Shown: one piece after another, positions 1-10,124 of the stretch | How the letters are laid out: every line of letters starts with the position of its first letter | Position numbering within the stretch: position 1 is the first letter of the stretch | Position numbers and translations under genes: made by a program | The notes under the pieces: model-generated | What the model was told of the DNA's origin: nothing | The model's database searches: none | Seen by the model: only the letters and a program-made list of their open reading frames with translations | Assembly (NCBI GenBank): GCA_963745235.1 | Contig: CAVUXE010000003.1 | Coordinates: forward strand, 1 to 64,000 | DNA length: 64,000 nucleotides | Reading direction: 5' to 3' | Source of the DNA: an uncultured Spirochaetota bacterium | Lineage (GTDB): Bacteria > Spirochaetota > Spirochaetia > SZUA-6 > Fen-1364

Positions 1-860
1 TGATTGCAAAGATCACGCGCGCCATACTATCACGGGAACTCCGCGAGAAATGCGACAAGCTCATCCGGGGAGATCTGCTCGGAAAGCCCCGTGAAGTTGC
101 GTATGTCCAGGAACAGAACGGCTACCTTCTGGCGCCTGCCGCGGCGCACGACCTCAGGATTCGCAGTGATTTCCTCTACGACCCCGGGAGAGAAGTACCG
201 AGAAAGCAGGACCTTCTGCTGCTGTGCGTCTGCCAAACGCCGCACCATTGAGACGGCTCGATAGATGCTGTAAATCGTGATAAGGCCCACGACAATCACG
301 ATGATGGGGCGTTTCAAAAGAGCATCCAGCAAATACAATTTTCCACTCATACGAGCCTCCGGGAAGCTGGTCGTCAGCGCAGCGTGACCGAGGAGGGCAA
401 GACCGCAAGGCAGTACTGGATGGCAAGCATGAACGCGATGGTGACAACAACGGGCCTGGTTCGCAATTGCAGGACTTGCAAAATCAAGGGAACAACAGAA
501 TCCAGTAATTCTCGTTCTTCAAGGCGAGCACATAGTCTGCGCTGCCATCACTTCCTGCGGACTGCATCAGGATCATGGCGAAAATGGCCGAGCAATCAAG
601 CACCACCACGAGATAGTTGAAGGCCTTGGACCATACGGGCTCGTGTTTGCGCAGGACAATCGTATTGCCTATAGTCACCAGCAGAACACAAGCAGCGTAG
701 CGATAGACGGCGCTGCCGGGCCATCCTTGCGGAATACGAACATCATCGCGCTGAGCAGGGGCAGGAAAATGTAGCGGAAACGGTTCGCCATCATCATGGC
801 GTTCTCGCTTTCCCTTTCAAGCGCGGCGCGGGACAGCGCCAACAGGCATGGGGCTCCCTG
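1..860 (-). pseudogene. Membrane-bound class III adenylate/guanylate cyclase, multiply frameshifted, runs off the left edge
   Basis: ORF 30..350 has LSRYFSPGVVEEI and VAVLFLDIRNFTGLSEQISPDELVAFL (start of the cyclase domain); hydrophobic segments continue in other frames (484..678, 675..~860). The 5' boundary is approximate. Confidence 0.75.
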
Positions 861-1082
861 GCCCCGAGCTTCCCACTGTGCCGACCTCTTCACGCGGGAT
901 TCCTTCCGATGACTCGCGCCACTGAGACTGGCTGTTCTCGCAATCCCATGACTTCCCTCCTTGTAACGCAGACGGAAGCTTTGTTGGTTTGTTGCATCGT
1001 GCCGGCCATTTCCCTTCAGTGCGTTTCCGTGCAATAAGAGCGGGTCTTGCGAGTCATTAGAGGGGGAGAAGAGGTGTCTGCG

Positions 1083-1772
1083 ATGAATGGGGAAAACTTG
1101 ATCGACGAAGGGGTACGCATTGAGCAAAAGGGCGGTATCGGCCGCGTCTGCTATTCAGGGGAAAGAAAACGCACGAAGCCATGGATAGGCGACCTGATTG
1201 CGTTTCTCTATGACCCGATCATGACCAGGTCCATGTTCCCCAAGAAGTTCGAAGCCTCGTACGAAAAGCATCTGGAGTTTCTGAGATCGCAACTGTCCGG
1301 ATTCCATGGGATCAACGTGCTTGAGCTCGCGACCGGCAGCGGGAATCTCGCCGACGTGCTTCCTCCCGACAACCGCTATTTCGGCATCGACGTGAGCGAA
1401 GGACTACTCAGGGCGGCCAGGAGAAAGTTCGAAAAGGCACGGATCGCATCGTTCAAGCTGTATGCCTGTCCGGCCGAGGACCTGCCTTTTGCTTCCGGAA
1501 TCTTCGATATCGCAGTGTGCAATCTGTCCTTGAACTTTTTTTCATCACTCGAAAAGGTCCTGGCAGAGGTCACGCGCGTCCTGAGACCCGGCGGGGATTT
1601 CATCTGTAGCGTTCCCGTGCCGGAACGCAACCGTCGCGGTACGATCATCCGTGGCGATTTGCGTTCCGAAGCACAACTTTCGGAGGCATTCAAATCTCAT
1701 GGACTGTCCTTTTCACCCAACGAGCTGAAAAACGGGGCACTGCTGTATTTCAAGGCGACCCGCGAGATATAG
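1083..1772 (+). CDS. Class I SAM-dependent methyltransferase (UbiE-like)
   Basis: VLELATGSG motif I, GIDVSEGLL, AEDLPFASGIFD, RVLRPGG; ATG 1083 follows GAGG. Confidence 0.88.
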   Translation: MNGENLIDEGVRIEQKGGIGRVCYSGERKRTKPWIGDLIAFLYDPIMTRSMFPKKFEASYEKHLEFLRSQLSGFHGINVLELATGSGNLADVLPPDNRYFGIDVSEGLLRAARRKFEKARIASFKLYACPAEDLPFASGIFDIAVCNLSLNFFSSLEKVLAEVTRVLRPGGDFICSVPVPERNRRGTIIRGDLRSEAQLSEAFKSHGLSFSPNELKNGALLYFKATREI

Positions 1773-1934
1773 CGCCGCGGACCGCGACAACTGCTCTCCA
1801 CCAGAGGCTATTTGGCGGTTTGGCGCCGCTGACCTTCTTTGGCGGGTCGATCCCGCGTGAGCATGTTCGTTGAGTGGTTCGTGTTGCTTTCGTGACAACT
1901 TGACACGAATCCGGAGTTATGACACCCTTAAGTC

Positions 1935-2174
1935 ATGAAGACGATGCGAGTCGGTGAGCTCAAGAACAAGTTTTCCCAAGTCCTCGATCGCGTCAAGAAA
2001 GGGGAAAAAATCGTCATCTCTTACGGAAGGAGTAAAGAGAATGTCGCCGTCATAGTCCCTTACGCTGAATACAAAGCTACGAACACCATAAGACTCGGCG
2101 TACTCAAAGGAAAGGCTTCTTACAAGTTTTACGACAGCTTCGAAATGACTGCAGAAGAACTCCTTGCCGAATGA
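1935..2174 (+). CDS. Type II TA antitoxin, Phd/YefM family
   Basis: 79 aa, MKTMRVGELKNKFSQVLDRVKKGEKIVIS; ATGA overlap with a PIN toxin gene. Confidence 0.9.
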   Translation: MKTMRVGELKNKFSQVLDRVKKGEKIVISYGRSKENVAVIVPYAEYKATNTIRLGVLKGKASYKFYDSFEMTAEELLAE

Positions 2175-2578
2175 ACTACCTTGTTGACACGCACTACTTG
2201 ATCTGGAGTCTCTTTGATCCTGACAAAATAGCACCGATCCACCGCGAGGTGCTTCTCGACGCACGCTCAACCAAATACGTGAGCAGGATTAGCTACTGGG
2301 AAATTGCGCTGAAATATGGTCTCGGAAAACTGCAATTGGAGGGCGTTACTCCAGAAAGCTTGCTTGAGATTGCGGTTGACGCTGGATATGAGGTTTACGA
2401 CGTCACGGAAGACGATCTAATTACCTCGTATCGTTTGCCCATAAGCAAGACTCATCGTGATCCGTTTGATCGACTTCTGGTTTGGCAATGCATTCGTAAC
2501 AATCTCGTGTTCATAAGTGCCGACAAAAGGCTCAGAGAGTACACAGAACATGGGCTGAAGCTCGTAAAATCAAAATGA
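2171..2578 (+). CDS. vapC: Type II TA toxin, VapC/PIN-domain ribonuclease
   Basis: YLVDTH, SYWEIALK, HRDPFDRLL and ISAD PIN motifs. Confidence 0.92.
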   Translation: MNYLVDTHYLIWSLFDPDKIAPIHREVLLDARSTKYVSRISYWEIALKYGLGKLQLEGVTPESLLEIAVDAGYEVYDVTEDDLITSYRLPISKTHRDPFDRLLVWQCIRNNLVFISADKRLREYTEHGLKLVKSK

Positions 2579-2674
2579 CATCGGGCTGACGTGCGCGGTA
2601 GTCAGAAGGCGGGTTATGGACGGCTCTTGTTCCCCCGGTGGGACTCGACCCTGCCAAGAGCCAGCGCGTCAGGC

Positions 2675-2940
2675 TTAGGTTTTCACGCGCTTACCAGCTT
2701 GGAAGCCGCCCACGGGCCACCGTACCCAAAAATGTCAGCCCAGGGTCGTGTTGGCTATTTCATCCATTCCCCAGCTCCATGAGATGCTTCTCATAGCCTG
2801 ATGTCGCTGCTTGAAAGTCAACGATGACAAGCTCGCCGCCTGGCTTGAGAACGCGTACCGCCTCGTCGATCGCCTGATTGCGTCCGGAATGGCTCGGAAT
2901 ATTGCGAATCGCCAAAGCTTGAGAGAGAACATCCGGGGTG
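2675..2940 (-). pseudogene. 3' remnant of a class I SAM methyltransferase
   Basis: Manual minus-strand translation gives LAIRNIPSHSGRNQAIDEAVRVLKPGGELVIVDF...YGGPWAASKLV with frameshifts and in-frame stops; no 5' half. Boundaries approximate. Confidence 0.7.
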
Positions 2941-3508
2941 GCGGTCAGTCAATGTGCTCCATACCTATCGTGCTCAAGATCGACTGCGCTGAGTAGATCG
3001 AATCGCCCATTATGGAAATCGCGGGGTCAACAGGTGCGTTGCGCTGCAAGACTATTCCTGCAGTTCATCGAGCTTCATCGCGGACAGCCTTGGTACTGCC
3101 GATCCCAAGGAATAGCTTGTTATTGTCTCAAATGCGAGACGCCGTCCGCTTCTTGGATTGATAAGAAGTTTCACGAGTACGACGGCGAGCACCAGAAGCG
3201 ACCTGAAATCCTTCAAAATAGGGATCATCCCTTCGATGCTGTTTTCATAAATTCCTTTTCTGAAGGTCGCAGCGCACAATTCCCGAAGCACATCTATCCG
3301 CGAGTGACTGCGGCCAGCAGCCCCCAGGATCGCTTGGATAGTAGAGTGACTTTTCAAAGCGGTAGGAGGGGATACGAAGCGCGGATCTGATGGGAGCATC
3401 TGACCCTTTGGCGCTCATATGGTAGACATGGAGAGCCGCCAGAGTTTGGTCAACAGGGGGGAACGTTCTTGAGGGGACCTTCCACATAGCCCCCCGTCGA
3501 AATCACAC

Positions 3509-6217
3509 TCACGATCGGGACGGACTTGGTGCAGCATCCAACACCCGTCTCAGAGTTTCAAGCAGGGTGTCGGCCGTGAAGGGCTTGGCGAGAAACTCTT
3601 GGATGCCGAGGTCCATCATTTTCTTTGACTGCCAGTCCGCCATGAGACCGCTGGTGGCGATGATTTTCACCTCAGGGTTGATCTTTCGAAGCGCTCGAGC
3701 GGTCGCCACTCCATCCATATAGGGCATCACCACATCGGTGATCACTGTCTGGATTTCCCCTTTCTTTTCTGCATAAAGAGCAACTGCCTCGGCCCCATCG
3801 TTCGCCGTGGCTACCCGGTAGCCGTAAAACTCCAGGATCTGCTTGGCAATCTCCCGCACGGCCGCCTCATCATCCACGACAAGGATCAATTCGCCCTCTC
3901 CCATCGGGATGCCCTCCGTCACCATTTCGTTTCTTTCCTCTACGAGGTGAGAAGTCGGGAGGTACACCTTGAAAGAACTCCCTTTGCCGATTTCACTGTA
4001 CAAGGTGATGAACCCCCCATGGCTTTTCACGATCGTGCGGGCCATAGACAGTCCCAGGCCTGTGCCTTTCCCCGGATCTTTGGTTGTGAAAAACGGCTCG
4101 AAAATCTTCTCCACGAGACCGGGTGCCATACCTGTGCCGGTGTCTTCGACCTTCAGCACCACGTAGTCGATCGGCTTGGCTTCAATATGCATTCGGACAT
4201 ACGTCTCGTCCAGATGGACCGTTTCCGTGGAGAGAGTAAGTTTTCCGCCATTCGGCATTGCGTCCCTCGCGTTCACACAGAGGTTCATCAGCACCTGGTG
4301 GATCTGGGTGGGGTCAGCGCTGATAGCGGGAAGGTCCTTCGGGATTGGGGCGCTTATCTGAATTGATTTGGGGAACGTCTCCTCCATGATCTGGACCACC
4401 TCACGGATGATGTGTTTCAGTTGGACCTCCGAGTGCTGCCCTTCCATACCTCGTGCAAAGCTGAGGACCTGGCGCACGATGGAAGCCCCCCGTTGGGCGG
4501 CCGTCCTGATGATGTCGAGGACGATCCTGGACTTCTCGTCGGCATGCTGAACGCTCAGGCCTTCGACCCCCATGAGTATGGGGGAAAGCACATTGTTCAG
4601 GTCATGGGCGATTCCCCCCGCAAGGGTGCCGAGGCTCTCCAGTCGTTGGACGCGCAGAAGCTGAGATTGGACGGCCCGACGCTCCGTAACATCTGTGTTC
4701 ACCGAAAGAATGCCGGTCGGGGTTCCCTGTGAGTCACGGATCAGGGTCAAGCTCGCCTCGACGATGAGCTCGCGGCCGTCCTTTGTCCTCGCATGGAGAT
4801 CTCCAGACCACTGTCCCTTTTCCATCACGATTGACGATGCTTTCATGAGTTCTTCCGCGTGCGCGGGGCTGTTCAGCAGGTCGTTCGCGTCTTTGCCCAG
4901 CGCCTCCTCCCGGCTCCATCCAAAGATTCTCGTCGCGCTCTTATTCCAGTAGAGAATGCGGTTGCGCATGTCGCGGACTAAGATGGCATCAGTTGTGATG
5001 TCAAGGAGAGCGGCCTGTTCCTGCTGTTTCTGCTCGGTTAGCTTTCGATGGGTAATGTCGTGACTGCTGCCCACGAGCCCGACCACGGCTCCCGCTTCTT
5101 CCCGGAGGGGTACTTTGGTAGTCAAAAGCCACCGAAGCTCTCCCTGGGCGGACCTGCCGAGCTCTTCCATACCGACGAGTTCGATGCCTTCCTCGATGAC
5201 ACGACGATCGTCGGTCCGGTACTTGTCCGCAATGTCTGGAGAATGGAAATCAGAGTCGGTTTTCCCGATCAGCTGCGCCGGATCCTGAACTCCCCGGAAA
5301 TCCGCTTCAGCCCGGTTGGCAAGAATGTAACGACCTTCGCGATCTTTCACGTACACTAAGTCGTGAAGGCTGTTGATAAGAGTGAGAAGGAGGCTCCTCT
5401 CCTGTTCCAGGCTATGCTGCAGGCGTTTGCGATCAGTGATGTTGTCGAAGATAGCAACGAAGTGCTCCCTTTGCGGGCAATACACAGAGATCGAGAACCA
5501 GATCTTCAGCTCCGGCACGTATGTCTCAAGCCTCTCAGGCGTGCCGCTAAGAGACACTCTGCCATAAACCTCGAATAGCTCGGGGTTGGACTCGCGTATG
5601 CCCGGAATCACTTCAGTTACCTTTTTCCCCACAACATTCCGCAACCCAGTCAAAGTCTCGAATGCACCATTCACTTCCAGGTAGATGAAGTCCTGTGGCT
5701 TGTTATCCTCGAAAATCATTCTGCAGTACGCGAATCCATTCAACATGTTCTGGAAAAGTGAACGATAGCCCTCCTCGCTTTTCCGCAGTTCCTCCTCAAC
5801 TCTCGTGCGCTCGGTGATATCTCTTGCGATGCCGATCAAACCCATGATCGTGCCTTCCTCATTCCTGAGAGGGAGCTTGACCGTATCGTAGTACCGTGTC
5901 TCACCTGCGATTTCGACCGGTTCCTGGGCGGCCCGGACCGTGGAGCCGGCCAGCGCTGCTATATCATCCTCCTGCCATCCCTTGATGCCCTTCTGCGGGT
6001 TTCCCATTACGAGCTCTGGGCTCCATCCATTCTCTATGTCCGTCTTTCCGTATGTTTCCTCGGGACGTTGCCCTAAGGCTCGGGCAAGGACTGAGTTGCA
6101 GAGGACCATGCGCAGTGCCGTGTCTTTTATGAAAATCAAGTCTGAGGAAGATTCCATGAGGCTTTGCAGAATATTGGAACTCGCCAGTGCACCCTCTGGC
6201 TCAGATCGATTTGTCAC
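3509..6217 (-). CDS. Cytoplasmic multi-PAS hybrid sensor histidine kinase with receiver (CckA-like)
   Basis: Four PAS/PAC units, H-box LAGGIAHDLNN, NLCVNARDAM, FEPFFTTK, GTGLGL, C-terminal REC (VVDDE, TDVVMP, KPF). GTG start after GGAG chosen; the ORF extends to 6265. Confidence 0.93.
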   Translation of the reverse strand: MTNRSEPEGALASSNILQSLMESSSDLIFIKDTALRMVLCNSVLARALGQRPEETYGKTDIENGWSPELVMGNPQKGIKGWQEDDIAALAGSTVRAAQEPVEIAGETRYYDTVKLPLRNEEGTIMGLIGIARDITERTRVEEELRKSEEGYRSLFQNMLNGFAYCRMIFEDNKPQDFIYLEVNGAFETLTGLRNVVGKKVTEVIPGIRESNPELFEVYGRVSLSGTPERLETYVPELKIWFSISVYCPQREHFVAIFDNITDRKRLQHSLEQERSLLLTLINSLHDLVYVKDREGRYILANRAEADFRGVQDPAQLIGKTDSDFHSPDIADKYRTDDRRVIEEGIELVGMEELGRSAQGELRWLLTTKVPLREEAGAVVGLVGSSHDITHRKLTEQKQQEQAALLDITTDAILVRDMRNRILYWNKSATRIFGWSREEALGKDANDLLNSPAHAEELMKASSIVMEKGQWSGDLHARTKDGRELIVEASLTLIRDSQGTPTGILSVNTDVTERRAVQSQLLRVQRLESLGTLAGGIAHDLNNVLSPILMGVEGLSVQHADEKSRIVLDIIRTAAQRGASIVRQVLSFARGMEGQHSEVQLKHIIREVVQIMEETFPKSIQISAPIPKDLPAISADPTQIHQVLMNLCVNARDAMPNGGKLTLSTETVHLDETYVRMHIEAKPIDYVVLKVEDTGTGMAPGLVEKIFEPFFTTKDPGKGTGLGLSMARTIVKSHGGFITLYSEIGKGSSFKVYLPTSHLVEERNEMVTEGIPMGEGELILVVDDEAAVREIAKQILEFYGYRVATANDGAEAVALYAEKKGEIQTVITDVVMPYMDGVATARALRKINPEVKIIATSGLMADWQSKKMMDLGIQEFLAKPFTADTLLETLRRVLDAAPSPSRS

Positions 6218-6338
6218 ACCATATCTCCAGACTATGCTCCGGGCCGTGTGGAACCGTCGGGGCATAGATAGCTATCATTTATTCATCTTTAATATACTAT
6301 TATGTTCTCATGGTTGGCAATATCTGGACAAGTATGGT

Positions 6339-6354
6339 AAGTATCGCGATACTT
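6339..6354. promoter_or_regulatory. Perfect 16-bp palindrome AAGTATCGCGATACTT, candidate operator
   Basis: Lies in an AT-rich divergent intergenic region just upstream of the RBS of the HTH-MEDS gene. Confidence 0.5.
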
Positions 6355-6378
6355 GCTGGTGGCTACGAAGGAGGTATC

Positions 6379-7152
6379 ATGGCCGAGACGTCAGAGCACA
6401 CAGAGTTGCTGGACATCAAACAGGCTGCCCAGTTTCTGGGAGTCAGTGAAACCTCGCTGCGTCGCTGGACCAACCAGGGCGCGCTTGCCTGCCTTCGTGT
6501 CGGCCGCCGGCGGGAGCGCCGTTTCCGCCGGGCCGACTTGGTGGCCTTCATGGACGATCAACCCGCTTCTGGAGAGAGGCCGCAGGGTGGCCACCCCGGC
6601 GGCACCCCGGGCGCGCAGCAGGTTGTCGTTGATGGGATCCCCCTGCCCATCGGGACTCACCTGAGCGGGCTCTACGGCAGCAATGCGGGTCGGATCAAGC
6701 TCGCGACGGGGTTCCTGGCCGGCGGCCTGGGGCCCGACAGCCTCTGCTGCCTGCTGACCGAGGCGAAGGGCCAAGAGGAAATCCTGAGCCGTCTGGGAAT
6801 TGACTCGGACACTCTCCGCCAGGAAATGAAAGCGGGTCACCTTATTGCGACGCGCTACAAGAGCTCGCCCAGAGCCCAGCTGGCCTATTTCGAGGATACA
6901 CTGTCCAACGCCATCGCCAAGGGAGCACGATCCCTGCGGGTCGTGGGAGATGCGATTGGGTTAGCCAAGGGAATCGCTCCTGAGGAATTGGTGGACTACG
7001 AGGCCGAGGCCGACCAGCGGATTGCGCGCCGCTTTCCCATTGTGATCTTGTGTCTCTATGACACCCGGTTTTTCTCACCCACAGACATTCTCAACGCGCT
7101 GAAAGGCCACAGGGACGGTTTTCGCTATCCGATCGAGCGCCTGCTTGGCTGA
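6379..7152 (+). CDS. Excisionase-type HTH + MEDS domain regulator (DcmR-like)
   Basis: LLDIKQAAQFLGVSETSLRRWTNQG (HTH_17/MerR-like), then MEDS-type HLSGLY, LRVVGD, DYE, LCLYDTRFF, ALKGH; RBS AAGGAGG. Confidence 0.85.
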   Translation: MAETSEHTELLDIKQAAQFLGVSETSLRRWTNQGALACLRVGRRRERRFRRADLVAFMDDQPASGERPQGGHPGGTPGAQQVVVDGIPLPIGTHLSGLYGSNAGRIKLATGFLAGGLGPDSLCCLLTEAKGQEEILSRLGIDSDTLRQEMKAGHLIATRYKSSPRAQLAYFEDTLSNAIAKGARSLRVVGDAIGLAKGIAPEELVDYEAEADQRIARRFPIVILCLYDTRFFSPTDILNALKGHRDGFRYPIERLLG

Positions 7153-7258
7153 ACACGGCGACGAGAGCGGCAAATTTTACGAAACGCCGTGCTGGGTGGT
7201 CAGAAGGCGGAGTTATTGGAAGTGACGCGCTCTGGCGACCATCGTGGAACCTCCACGA

Positions 7259-8134
7259 TCAGGTGTCTTCGATTACGCGGACAGGCACGGGCATCCGCGG
7301 AGCGGCCCTCAAGAACTGCACCGTAGGGTATCCAACCAGAATGACCGCGTGCACGTTGTCCTTGCGCGTCAGACCGATGACTCGCTTGCACGCACTGCTC
7401 GCATTGATGGCGCTCTGCGCGAGGGTAACGAAACAGGTTCATAGGCCAAGCGATTGCCCGGCGAGGGACAACGCGTATCCGGCCAGCACCGAATCCTCCC
7501 TGGGGGTAGGAATGCATTCCCTGGAATGGATGATGACGACGACAGGCGCATCGTAGAATACAGGATCTTCCCCGGCTTCCAGACGTGAAATGATATCCCG
7601 CATTCTACCGCCGTATTCACGATCCTCGAGGAAAGCCCTGGCTTGCCTGTCGACAAAGGGCCGCAGAAGCCTTCGGAGTACCGGATTGTTCATCAGGGCG
7701 CTTCGCGTTCGATAGACCCGCTTTATCTCGATCATAAGCGTTTTGCGCGTGTGATGGCCGGAGAGGACAATGAACTGGTGCGAATGGCGATTGCCGCCTG
7801 ACGGGGTATATGCGGCCGCCGTAAAGAGTTTCGCCAACAGATTCTCGGGCACCGCATCGGCTCGAAAATGCCGAGTGCTCCGCCGAAAGGCGAGAAAGTC
7901 AGTGACTTCCTGGATTCCGATAGGCGAGGCAAGCGCGGCGGGGCTCGCCAGATTCGGACGGTCACGCACCGCGATTGCCCCAGAAGGGCAGACTGCGAAG
8001 CAATGAAAGCATTTCTCACATTTGGCCCATGCCTGATCGTGGAGCACCTGCGGACCGCCATGGCCACATTCCCGGATACATGCGCCACAGTTGGTGCAAC
8101 GCCCGACGTCAATCTCGACTGCCATCGTTCTCAT
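7259..8134 (-). pseudogene. 4Fe-4S ferredoxin-nitroreductase fusion with an in-frame TGA at 7439-7441
   Basis: CTNCGACIREC and CEKCFHCFAVCP; RRSTRHF; TPSGGN; reads SLGL*TCFVT...VILVGYP to a stop at 7259. Confidence 0.85.
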
Positions 8135-8205
8135 TCGAATCTCCCTTTCCTCTTACTCTTCGAGAGATTCGATGCAGAAGCGACGCTATTGGTTATGGGC
8201 GTTTC

Positions 8206-9000
8206 TCAGTTTTTTTTCTGGAGCTCCGCAAGATAGCTCTTGAGAGTTTCAGCCTTGAAGGCGAGGCGAGGGAGCTTGCTGTAAAGCTCGCCAATCTCGT
8301 CCACCTGCTGGCTGACGAACTGGATGTAGGCTGGGTCGGATTCGGTCTTCCTCGCCTTCATACGTACGCGCTTGAGCAGCTCCGGATCAAAAGCGAGAGC
8401 AAACGGGACGCGCGACTTGCAGGAGCAGGAAGCGTTTTCCGGATTCAACCATTGGCAGCGGGCACGAAAGAACTTCTCGAGCTTGGCATGAGCCCTGTGC
8501 AGGCGCGCCTTCACCACAGTCTCCGAGACCTGGAGAACCTCTGCAATCTCCTGGTAAGTGAAGTCCAGGACCATGCGCATGATGTAAGGGACCCGCTGTT
8601 CATCGGTGAGCCGAAAGGCCATGAAGTGCAGGCAGCCCTGGTTGACCTCGCCGAGGAGCGCCTGGATGTAGACCGCCCTTTCGGGCTCGTCGTACCATTC
8701 CTGCACCTCAGCGGGGATCTCGTCTCCGAAGGCTTCGATCCTCTCGTCTAGCGAGTCCAGATACGCTCTGTCCAAGCCCCTTTTCACCTTCAGACCGGCG
8801 TTCACCGCAATCCTATAGATCCACGTGTAGGGGTGGCATTCACCGCGGAAGCTTGGAAGGCCATTGAGCACCTGCAGAAAAGTCTCCTGTACCACGTCCT
8901 CAGCGTCCTGCCTGTTCCCCGTGATGCGAAAAGCGAGATTGAAGACTTTCCCGCTGTACGTTTCGACGAGCTCGTTGAAGTTCAAAATCTGGGATGCCAT
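8206..9000 (-). CDS. ECF sigma-70 factor with Cys-containing C-terminal extension
   Basis: DAEDVVQETF, TWIYRIAVN, YQEIAEVL, VKARLHRA; tail RCQWLNPENASCSC. Confidence 0.9.
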   Translation of the reverse strand: MASQILNFNELVETYSGKVFNLAFRITGNRQDAEDVVQETFLQVLNGLPSFRGECHPYTWIYRIAVNAGLKVKRGLDRAYLDSLDERIEAFGDEIPAEVQEWYDEPERAVYIQALLGEVNQGCLHFMAFRLTDEQRVPYIMRMVLDFTYQEIAEVLQVSETVVKARLHRAHAKLEKFFRARCQWLNPENASCSCKSRVPFALAFDPELLKRVRMKARKTESDPAYIQFVSQQVDEIGELYSKLPRLAFKAETLKSYLAELQKKN

Positions 9001-9099
9001 GCTTCTACCACGTCCTTGGTTATGTACGACAAATCCGAGAGCCGCGACCTGGCGCAAGGCGTTCCCAGGACAGTTCCAAAGGTATTCCCTGAACGCTGA

Positions 9100-9885
9100 T
9101 CATGACCCAGCCGTATTTTCCACTAGCGCCTCGCCGCTACTGATACGCTCAGAAAGCCTCTTCATGAATCGCGCAGCTGGCGCCCCATCAACTATGTCAT
9201 GGTTGAAGGAGACCGTCAAACAGAGGTGTTCACGCATTTCTGGACGGCCATCTTTCAACATCAAGCGCTCCACAATACTTCCCACGGTGACAAGCACCGT
9301 TGCCCCACCGAGAGGTACGAACCACAGCGCCTTATTGCCGAACATGCCAACCGCAGTAACGCTTACCGTCCCATAACGCTCCATCATAGATACGCTGTGA
9401 GAGGCTGCTCGAATAAAAGTGCGAAGAAGGAAGCTCGGAATGAATCTTACCCACCCCATCCCGGAAAGACTGCCATATTTCCCGCTGCTGTGCTGAGCTG
9501 CCCTGATCTCATCGTGAATCTGACGATACGTCTTTGACTGCGCCGCACGGATTCCAAGAGGCTCAGGGGCTTTTTCGCCGTCGATTTCTCGTTCAACAAA
9601 AGCACCTACAGTCACATCCTTCAGCAGAATCAGCTTCCGCCCCTTGCGAAAGGAGTTCAGCTCGGGGCGTTAAGCCACGGCACGAGCCAAACACGAAATG
9701 ACGTATGCGGTCAAAGATAGCGTTTCTCCTGTTCGCTGCTTATGCTGTTGCATGATCCGTCGCGGTTCACTGATATCAACCTCGGTGATCGCGTGGATCG
9801 TGGGGCTCGCATTGGCAACGGCAGCAGCAGCGGCAGCTACCCGCCTGTTTGCGGGAAATGGGACAGTTTTGAGCCTACTGTTCAT
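9100..9885 (-). pseudogene. 2-oxoacid dehydrogenase E2-like acyltransferase catalytic domain, in-frame TAA at 9670-9672
   Basis: TIHAITEVDIS, LSLTAYVISCLARAVA*RPELNS, LTVSFNHDIVDGAPAARF; both ORF pieces are in the same frame. Confidence 0.85.
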
Positions 9886-10124
9886 TCTTGCCTCCGCACA
9901 GGCATCATAGGGCCACCACCCTACCCTTAGCCCCAGACCCCCGTCATAGGCAGAGTCAACCTAAAACCGCAAAGGGACAAGATTCACCCACTATTGCGAA
10001 CGGGACAGTAGGCTCCTTAGGGAGAGAGAACGGCCAGGTGCCTTTCGATTCGTATAGCCTCTTCGCTTAGCGATAGTCGACGGCCTTGACCGCTCTCCGT
10101 CTTGGCCCTCCTGCCCGGAAACGG

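Noticed and set aside
2938-3487. Short ORFs and a possible IS end near 3430 (GAGCCGCCAGAGTTTGGTCAACA)
   Set aside because: No recognisable protein, partner repeat or transposase; cannot be supported without a search.
6379-6560. Prophage excisionase
   Set aside because: The HTH is fused to a MEDS-like domain and no integrase or phage genes are nearby.
7439-7441. In-frame TGA as selenocysteine or recoded Gly
   Set aside because: It aligns with Gly of LGLGTC, not Cys; the neighbouring Cys is intact; many other genes end normally at TGA; the region has other lesions.
9886-10120. Possible c-di-GMP or other riboswitch
   Set aside because: The GCAAA-like words are not arranged in the required stems.
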